Of a stretch of 64,000 bases of DNA, positions 55,801 to 61,953 are shown in pieces. Each line of letters begins with the position of its first letter. Position 1 is the first letter of the stretch. The notes beneath the pieces are model-generated. The model searched no databases, was not told where the DNA came from, and saw only the letters and a program-made list of their open reading frames with translations. Source of the DNA: an uncultured Planctomycetales bacterium (lineage in GTDB: Bacteria; Omnitrophota; Gorgyraeia; Zapsychrales; JBDRMG01). Location of the stretch: positions 149,196 through 213,195 of the forward strand of contig CAYZIY010000001.1 in NCBI GenBank assembly GCA_964478715.1, read 5' to 3'. Both the position numbers and the translations under genes were made by a program.

Positions 55801-56148
55801 TTGGTGGTTGACGATCATCCGCAGATTGTCCGCATTTTGCAGATGCGGCTGGAGAATAAAGGATATCAGACGGTTCCCGCTTATAATGGGAAAGAGGCTC
55901 TCAATGAAATCGAAAAGAGAAAACCGGATTTAATTATTCTCGATATTATGATGCCGGAGATGAACGGTTATGAAGTTTACGGACGGCTGAAGGAAGATCC
56001 CGAGACATCAGACATTCCGGTTGTTATGCTTTCGGCTCACGATGTGGATATGGGCAAAATTGAGACATTCGGCCCCAAGGCCGTGCCGGTCATTCAGAAG
56101 ACGGGCGGTTTTGAAAATTTGGTATCGAAGCTGGAAGAGCTTGTTTAG
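52816..56148 (+). CDS. Hybrid sensor histidine kinase: TM - Cache-like periplasmic domain - TM - 2x PAS - coiled coil - HisKA - HATPase_c - degenerate GGDEF-like module - receiver
   Basis: H-box FVSTVSHELRTPL, N-box NLIYNAIKFT, G-box GTGLGLSIT, C-terminal REC (VLVVDDHPQ ... LILDIMMPEMNG). Confidence 0.85.
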   Translation: MAAITKKNNSLKAAYPRYVLVLLCGAIVLIFSVSGLVITQSLRSHALKEIADESKAAIGALSTGLIRELRETQKGAQNLAGSPWVPPVLIRGNPQDIKRVNRVLDRYNRSFDASVCYLLNQQGITVASSNRNTSESFIGKDYSFRPYFQKAIGGKAGSYFALGITSKKRGHYASYPVISGDQKIIGVVVIKDEIDYFADAFRKFKHCYLIDPNGIIFLGSRSHFVLKSLWPVSQKARDELKKTQQFGEGPFEHLLDQEYKDGQKVQFLNQTWLVNRNYINDQGWSVLMLSSTKGARLYGLLGILTTAFIIILLIVFLGILFYMDKSRQKVLESEEKYRELVQNANSIILRLDSEGRIVFINEYAQNFFGYMESEIFGKSVVGTIVPEQDSEGIDVAQVIENLLKDTERYKYNENENIKRNGDRVWVAWTNRVIKNEPAGKNEILCVGTDITQNRRASEHIRRLSTAVEQSPSVIAITDLNGNLEYVNPKFCVSTGYSLEEAKGQNPRILKSGEQPKEVYKDMWEKIAKGEEWRGEFHNKRKDGSLYWELASISPIRNAQGEITHYLKVAEDITERKRAEQMLAETKEALEQQTWGLKKTNETLKLLYKELEEKNAELKKLDRLKSDFVSTVSHELRTPLAITTEGISLVIDQIAGPINDKQRNLLHTSKENLVRLNKIINDLLDISKIESGRLELGKSITDISRIIQKTVNSYQTVADPKKITIRTHFPEERIILFIDQDKIIQALNNLIYNAIKFTKEQGVIDITLASQETEVVISIKDNGVGISHEDMKKLFSKFQQFGRTHGPGAKGTGLGLSITKALVELHGGRIWAESALGEGTTFSFTLPNYKKVIGEFEENLSDDIEEAQQSKKDMTLLLMDVVNYQKIVDRFDEYVLADTMNKIFSIIEQIVSRPKDRALIIDQHTIYISLPQTSKSGGNAVIRRIREEINAQSFMVEKEDVSVYMRFSMAVAPAQGTDRETLIQHARKKLLQPRTVLVVDDHPQIVRILQMRLENKGYQTVPAYNGKEALNEIEKRKPDLIILDIMMPEMNGYEVYGRLKEDPETSDIPVVMLSAHDVDMGKIETFGPKAVPVIQKTGGFENLVSKLEELV

Positions 56149-56237
56149 TGAGACTATAATAGGAGTTGTTGACGCAGATTATACGATGCATTAACTTTAA
56201 GGAAGTTTTCTGCCTATCAGAAAAAGAGGAGCCCATC

Positions 56238-56627
56238 ATGAAAGCCAGAGACATTATGACCAAGGATATCATCACTTTAACTCCCGAGACCACAATTGCC
56301 GAGGCCATTGATAAAATCATCAACAATAAAATCAGCGGAGCGCCGGTTTTAGACGCCCAGGGAGAGATTGCGGGTGTCGTTACCGAGAAAGATCTGTTGG
56401 TGGCCTATGATTTTATCAAGAAATTCGGTGAGGCCATCAAGGAATTTATGAGCCGCGATATTATCGGCATCAGTGAGGAGACACCGGTTGAGGAGATCAG
56501 CCAGCTTCTGGTTCAGCGCAATATCAAGCGGGTTCCCGTTCTGGAAGGCAAAAAGGTTTTAGGTATCGTCAGCCGGCGGGATGTGCTCAGATATATTCTT
56601 GAAAAGGAAAAACCGATAAATGCTTAA
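56238..56627 (+). CDS. CBS-domain pair protein
   Basis: Two CBS motifs (ARDIMTKDIITL...GAPVLD / SRDIIGISEETP...RVPVLE); start set at Met 56238 with RBS agagga. Confidence 0.8.
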   Translation: MKARDIMTKDIITLTPETTIAEAIDKIINNKISGAPVLDAQGEIAGVVTEKDLLVAYDFIKKFGEAIKEFMSRDIIGISEETPVEEISQLLVQRNIKRVPVLEGKKVLGIVSRRDVLRYILEKEKPINA

Positions 56628-57417
56628 AAAAATTCTGATTGTCGAAGATGAGAAGCAGATGCAGCAAATGGTCTCCATGCGCTTAAAGGCCGCCGGATAT
56701 GAGGTAATCACCGCCGATGACGGCAGGCAGGCCATGGAGCAGGTGGTCCAGTATGTTCCAGATCTTGTGATCACCGATGTCCTGATGCCGGTGATGGACG
56801 GTTTTTCCCTTTATAAGGAATTAAAAAAAGGAGCGGCTACCAAAGATATCCCAGTTTTGATTTTAACGGCTCGCGGGCAGATGGAAGATACATTCAAAGT
56901 GGTGGGGGCCGATGATTTTATCGCCAAACCTTTTGAGGCCGAAGAACTTTTATCCAAAGTGGAAGAGCTGACTCAGGTTTCACGTAAAACTAGCGTTGCT
57001 CCTGAAACCCAAAAGAAAGTCCTGATCGCCGGCAATCACAAGGATATGATCAATAAAATTATTTTGCTATTAAAGAAAGAAAATCAGGAGACAGTTTTTG
57101 CCTTCGATGGATCAGATGCTGTTCAGAAGGTCATCAAATTTAATCCTGATATCATCGTTTTAGACGTTCTTCTTGATAGTATTCCCACGGAAGAAGCAAT
57201 CAAGATTATCCGCAAAATGACCCAGTATGAAAAAACGCCGATTATTGTTTACAATTTTTATAAAACCGAAGACTTGGGGAGCACTTCGGTGCGCGAAAAA
57301 ATTCTCTTGATCGATTCGGCCCAGGAAGCCTGCAAGGAAGCCGGCATTACCGAAGATATCGGCCGGATTAATGAATATACCTTTATCGAGAAAATGAAAA
57401 AATATTTTTCCAAATAA
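56620..57417 (+). CDS. Tandem-receiver protein (canonical REC + degenerate second REC)
   Basis: First domain has the VEDE pocket and VITDVLMP phospho-acceptor; second retains IVLDVLL but lacks the N-terminal acidic pair. Confidence 0.8.
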   Translation: MLKKILIVEDEKQMQQMVSMRLKAAGYEVITADDGRQAMEQVVQYVPDLVITDVLMPVMDGFSLYKELKKGAATKDIPVLILTARGQMEDTFKVVGADDFIAKPFEAEELLSKVEELTQVSRKTSVAPETQKKVLIAGNHKDMINKIILLLKKENQETVFAFDGSDAVQKVIKFNPDIIVLDVLLDSIPTEEAIKIIRKMTQYEKTPIIVYNFYKTEDLGSTSVREKILLIDSAQEACKEAGITEDIGRINEYTFIEKMKKYFSK

Positions 57418-57427
57418 GAGGTGAATC

Positions 57428-57796
57428 ATGAAAAAAAAGAAAATTCTTGTCATTGATGACGAAAAAGAGATGACCGATATGATTGCCATGCGGCTGAAAT
57501 ATTACGGTTATGCTTGCCTGACGGTTAACGATCCCCAGGATGGAGCGGCGCTGGCCCAAAAAGAAAAACCTGCTGCGATTCTTCTGGATGTGCTGATGCC
57601 GCAGATGAACGGCCGGCAGGTTTGTAAACAGCTTAAAGACAATGAGGTTACGCGAGAGATTCCTATCGTTTTTTTAACGGCTAAAGACAGCGCTGACGAT
57701 GTGACAGCCGAAATGCAAGCCGGAGGGGTAGGGCATATTACCAAGCCGATCAATGATGCCGAATTGATTGATGTGATCAGATCGCTGATTGGATAG
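57428..57796 (+). CDS. Single-domain response regulator receiver
   Basis: IDDEKE, ILLDVLMPQMNG, FLTAK, ITKP. Confidence 0.85.
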   Translation: MKKKKILVIDDEKEMTDMIAMRLKYYGYACLTVNDPQDGAALAQKEKPAAILLDVLMPQMNGRQVCKQLKDNEVTREIPIVFLTAKDSADDVTAEMQAGGVGHITKPINDAELIDVIRSLIG

Positions 57797-57807
57797 GGCT
57801 GGTCTGC

Positions 57808-58086
57808 ATGAAGAAACTGGATGAGATTATGAAAATAGCCGATCAGCAAGAGAGGCAAAGGGAATTGGTGGCTTATGCTCGGTCATTAAATATATCGACC
57901 GGAAAATTCAAAAACGAGCAAGGACAGATTAACGAAGAGAAATTAGCTATTCTGCTTTATGATCATGAACAAGGACAGAAAAGCAGCCGGAATCAAAACA
58001 TCGGCTTTCTCTTTGTCGGTATTTTCTTGGCCCTTATCACTTTCGTCCTGTTTTTCTTATTCTGGAAATCAATCGTTCACCTGTAG
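57808..58086 (+). CDS. Small C-tail-anchored membrane protein, unknown function
   Basis: Hydrophilic N-terminus, single C-terminal TM (IGFLFVGIFLALITFVLFFLFW). Confidence 0.35.
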   Translation: MKKLDEIMKIADQQERQRELVAYARSLNISTGKFKNEQGQINEEKLAILLYDHEQGQKSSRNQNIGFLFVGIFLALITFVLFFLFWKSIVHL

Positions 58087-58091
58087 AAATA

Positions 58092-58517
58092 ATGAAATAT
58101 AAAATTCTTATAGTGGATAACGAAGCTGATTTTGCTGAGATGCTCAAAGCCAGGCTGGTCGCATCGGGATATGATGTGATCATCGCCACGGACGGCCAAC
58201 GGGCTCTTAGAAAGAAAAGAAAGGAAAAGCCCGATCTTTTGATTCTGGACTTGATGATGCCTGAGCTAAATGGCTATGGCGTGTGCCGCGAAATTCGCAG
58301 AAAAGACAATGATCAAAAAACACCTATTATTATGCTGACCGGGAAGGATAAGGATGCCGATCGAATCCAGGGCAAGGTTATCGGGGCGGATATTTATTTG
58401 ACCAAGCCCTGCGACAGCGATGTTTTGCTTAAAAAAATCGATCAGTTGTTAAAGAATATCCAAAACGAAAATACTGAGGGCCGTCATGGAAAAAAAGAAA
58501 ATTCTGATAATCGATGA
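58092..58517 (+). CDS. Single-domain response regulator receiver
   Basis: VDNEAD, LILDLMMPELNG, MLTGK, LTKP. Confidence 0.85.
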   Translation: MKYKILIVDNEADFAEMLKARLVASGYDVIIATDGQRALRKKRKEKPDLLILDLMMPELNGYGVCREIRRKDNDQKTPIIMLTGKDKDADRIQGKVIGADIYLTKPCDSDVLLKKIDQLLKNIQNENTEGRHGKKENSDNR

Positions 58518-58854
58518 CGAAGAGGATATGCGGGCCTTTGTGGGTATGCGTCTTCAGGCTGCCGGATATGAAATCCTGACCGCCATCGATGGCATGGACG
58601 GACTGAATATGGCCCGCGCCCATCATCCCAATTTGATTATCCTGGATGTGATGATGCCTAAAATGGACGGTTTTCAGGTTTGCCGGATGCTTAAATTCGA
58701 TGAGATCTTTCAAGATATTCCTGTGATTATGTTAACCGCCAAATCACAGCCCGATGATAAGAAAATCGGTCAGGATGTCAAGGCCGATGCCTATATAACC
58801 AAACCCTTTGAGGGGGAAGTCCTTATTCGAAAAGTGAAAGAGTTTCTTAACTAA
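58486..58854 (+). CDS. Single-domain response regulator receiver (paralog of 6721-7104)
   Basis: IDDEED, IILDVMMPKMDGFQVCRMLKFDE, MLTAK, ITKPF. Confidence 0.85.
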   Translation: MEKKKILIIDDEEDMRAFVGMRLQAAGYEILTAIDGMDGLNMARAHHPNLIILDVMMPKMDGFQVCRMLKFDEIFQDIPVIMLTAKSQPDDKKIGQDVKADAYITKPFEGEVLIRKVKEFLN

Positions 58855-58903
58855 AAAATTTAATTTGTCTTGGTGAAAAAAAGTTTAAGGCAACAAAAGG
58901 TTA

Positions 58904-60952
58904 TTGATGAGTAAAACCAACATTCTTATTGTGGGAGCCGGTCAGGGCGGCCAAGCTCTTTTGCGATTGCTTTCCCAGAGCAATGAACTTTATATCGTTG
59001 GTGTTGTGGATGTAAACGAAAAAGCTCCGGGAATCATCTTGGCGAAAGAGTTACGCATTTCCACCGGCAGGGATTTCAGGGAATTCCTTAAAAGAAACGA
59101 TCTGCATCAAATCATCAATGTCACCGGAAGCCGGGACGTTGAAAAAGAGATTCGGAAATTTGCATCCTGGGAGACCGAAATCATCAGCGGTCACAGCGCG
59201 AAGCTGATGTGGCATTTGATCGAAGAAAGAAAGAAAATGGAGGAGGAGATCAGAGAGAGCCAAAAACGCTGGGATGCGATCTTTCGTTCGATTTTGACTG
59301 CTGTGGTTATCATTGATATGCAGAAGCGCCAAATTGTGGATTGCAATCCGCTGGCCGAGAAAATGATCGGTCTGCCTAAAAAAGACATTGTTGGTCAGGT
59401 GTGCCATCAATTTATTTGTCCTTCAGAAGCGGGCTGCTGTCCGGTGATCGACTTGCGAGAGATCGTTGACAAATCGGAGAAAATTCTCCTGAACGCCCGC
59501 CAGGAAGAAATTCCCATTCTCAAGACGGTTTGCCGGGTCAATATTAAAGGACGCGATTATCTCATAGACAGTTTTATTGACATCAAAGAGCAAAAGAAAT
59601 TGAGTCAAAAAATTCAGGAGAACGAGGAGCGTTTGCGATCCTGGATTCAGAATATTCCCGGCGCGGTTTATCGCTGTGCCAATGATCCCGGATGGACCAT
59701 GGAATTCTTAAGCGATGAGATTGAGCGGCTCTCGGGCTATCCGGCCGATGATTTCATTAATAACAAGGTGCGCAGTTATGCCAGCATCATCCATCCCGAA
59801 GACCGCGAAATGGTCGATCATGTAATTCAGGAAGCCGTTCAATGTAAATGGCCTTATGATCTAAAATACAGAATTATTGATACCAGGGGCCAGATTAAGT
59901 GGGTTTACGAAAAAGGCCAGGCTCTTTTTAACGAAAAAGGTGATTGTCAATGGCTTGACGGGGGCATTTTTGATATTACCGACCAGAAAAAAGCGGAAAT
60001 AGCGCTCAGATCCAGCGAAGAAAGATTCAGGGTAATTTTTGAATCTTCCAAAGACGCATGCGTTTTGCAGAAACCCGACGGAACAATCATTGACTGCAAC
60101 GAAGCGGCTGTCTCGATGTACGCTTGCCAAGACAAAGAAGAGCTTAAACGACAAAATTCCGCCATTTTGTCAGCCGGCATCCAGTATGACGGGACGCCGA
60201 GTTCACAAAAAATTTCTAGCGTTTTTAGAGAAATTCAAGACAAAGGATCTTGTTTTATTTCATGGAGAGCCCGTCGCTTGAACGGAAAGGAGTTTGACGC
60301 GACCGTTCTTTTCAGTTTATTGGAGATCGACGGAGAGAAGATTTATCATGCTGCCGTGAGGGATGTAACTGAAGAGAAAGAGGCCCTTAAGAAAATCGAG
60401 GAGAACGAACAAAGATTTCGTCTGCTGAACGAGAATGTTTCCGATGTGATTTGGCGGATGAACAGCGATATGACTTTTCGTTATTTTAGCCCTTCCGTTA
60501 AAAAGATTTACGGGTATACTCCGGAAGAGGCCTGCCGTTTGCGGCTTCGTGATTTCTTTGATCCCCAGGGTTTTAAAGAGATAGTCCAAGTGATTGATCA
60601 GGAAACACGCAGGGCCCGCGAGAGTGCGGATTTCAAGTATTCCCGAACTCTCCAGTTAAGAAACAAAAAGAAAGACGGTTCGATGATTTGGGTAGAAATT
60701 AACGCGAATTTTCTTAAGGATCGGCAGGGGAACATTACGGGTCTTTTGGGTGTGACCCGTGATATCACAAAACGGAGAGAGCGCGAGGAAAAAATGAAGG
60801 CAGTCATGAAAGATCTCCAGATGTTTAAAAATGCGGCTATCGACCGGGAGTTGAAAATGATTGAGTTAAAAAAAGAGATCAACCGCCTCTGCGGGGAATC
60901 CGGCAGGCCGCCGCCTTATGATCTTTCTTTTCTTAATGATCCATTAAAATAA
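58904..60952 (+). CDS. Kinase-less cytoplasmic sensor: N-terminal Rossmann-like GxGxxG domain + multiple PAS domains + C-terminal coiled-coil stub
   Basis: ILIVGAGQGGQALL...VGVVD dinucleotide-binding-like start; at least three PAS/PAC units; ends in ..DRELKMIELKKEINRLCGE with no output domain. Confidence 0.75.
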   Translation: MMSKTNILIVGAGQGGQALLRLLSQSNELYIVGVVDVNEKAPGIILAKELRISTGRDFREFLKRNDLHQIINVTGSRDVEKEIRKFASWETEIISGHSAKLMWHLIEERKKMEEEIRESQKRWDAIFRSILTAVVIIDMQKRQIVDCNPLAEKMIGLPKKDIVGQVCHQFICPSEAGCCPVIDLREIVDKSEKILLNARQEEIPILKTVCRVNIKGRDYLIDSFIDIKEQKKLSQKIQENEERLRSWIQNIPGAVYRCANDPGWTMEFLSDEIERLSGYPADDFINNKVRSYASIIHPEDREMVDHVIQEAVQCKWPYDLKYRIIDTRGQIKWVYEKGQALFNEKGDCQWLDGGIFDITDQKKAEIALRSSEERFRVIFESSKDACVLQKPDGTIIDCNEAAVSMYACQDKEELKRQNSAILSAGIQYDGTPSSQKISSVFREIQDKGSCFISWRARRLNGKEFDATVLFSLLEIDGEKIYHAAVRDVTEEKEALKKIEENEQRFRLLNENVSDVIWRMNSDMTFRYFSPSVKKIYGYTPEEACRLRLRDFFDPQGFKEIVQVIDQETRRARESADFKYSRTLQLRNKKKDGSMIWVEINANFLKDRQGNITGLLGVTRDITKRREREEKMKAVMKDLQMFKNAAIDRELKMIELKKEINRLCGESGRPPPYDLSFLNDPLK

Positions 60953-60968
60953 AGAGAAAGGAAAGCGG

Positions 60969-61937
60969 ATGCTGTCGTTAAAAGAAAAATTGCGGGGAGC
61001 CGTTTTGGCCTGCTTGATCGGTTTTGTCGGTGTGGGGATCCGGTCGTTTTCTCAAAATCCCGTTTTTGATCCTTTGTTTGTTTCACTTCTTCTGGGCATC
61101 GTATCCACAGTTTTTATCAAAAGAGGGGGCTTCCGCAGAGAATTGCCCGTTATCTGGAATCTGTTTATTCCTGCGGGCATCATCTTATATGGAGCCGTGA
61201 ATCTTGATTTTCATTCTTTCTATCATGTGCGGACCGGTTCCATTTTTCTGATTTCTATCGTCATGCTTGTTTATTTACTTACGGTCTTATCTCTCTGTAG
61301 TCTTTTCAGGTTGAGCGAAAAGACCAGTTATTTGATTGCTTCAGGTTCGACTATTTGCGGCGCTTCAGCAATAGCGATTACATCCAGGTCGATTGAGGCC
61401 GAGCCCGATGAAATTTCCATGAGTCTTGTTGCCGTTTTTTTGGCCGCTCTTTGCGGTTTATTTGTTGTCTTGCCTTTAGCGCGTTCCGCTTTCAGCATGA
61501 GCGAATATGATTATGCGACCTTTGCCGGCTCAACCGTGCAGTTTACAGGATTTGTCAAAACGGCCGTAGCTAACCTTCAATCTGATTCCAGAAGTACCGC
61601 CATGTCTTTTAAGACTATGCGTTACGTCGGACTCCTTTTCATTATTCCATTATTTACAAGTCTAACCAGGGGGCGTGTCAGCATTCCTTGGTATCTGGGG
61701 GCTTTTCTGGGGGCGGGAATTATCTTTAGCATTTTCCATGAACAAGCAGAAGCGATTAAACCGTTTCTCAAACAGATGTTGTCCCTCCTGTGGTCTATCG
61801 CGATGGCTGCCGTGGGCATGAGCGCTGACCTGAAACAGATTCTGACATGGCAGGGGGTCAAGGCCTTTGCCGCGAGCTTGCTGTCTTTTTTGATAGCGGG
61901 CGGAATTTTCATCTTAGGCCACCAACTTCTAAAATAG
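60969..61937 (+). CDS. Polytopic inner-membrane protein (YeiH/UPF0324-like), function unknown
   Basis: About 9-10 predicted TM helices across 322 aa; family assignment by overall topology only. Confidence 0.4.
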   Translation: MLSLKEKLRGAVLACLIGFVGVGIRSFSQNPVFDPLFVSLLLGIVSTVFIKRGGFRRELPVIWNLFIPAGIILYGAVNLDFHSFYHVRTGSIFLISIVMLVYLLTVLSLCSLFRLSEKTSYLIASGSTICGASAIAITSRSIEAEPDEISMSLVAVFLAALCGLFVVLPLARSAFSMSEYDYATFAGSTVQFTGFVKTAVANLQSDSRSTAMSFKTMRYVGLLFIIPLFTSLTRGRVSIPWYLGAFLGAGIIFSIFHEQAEAIKPFLKQMLSLLWSIAMAAVGMSADLKQILTWQGVKAFAASLLSFLIAGGIFILGHQLLK

Positions 61938-61953
61938 AGAAATATGAAAATCG

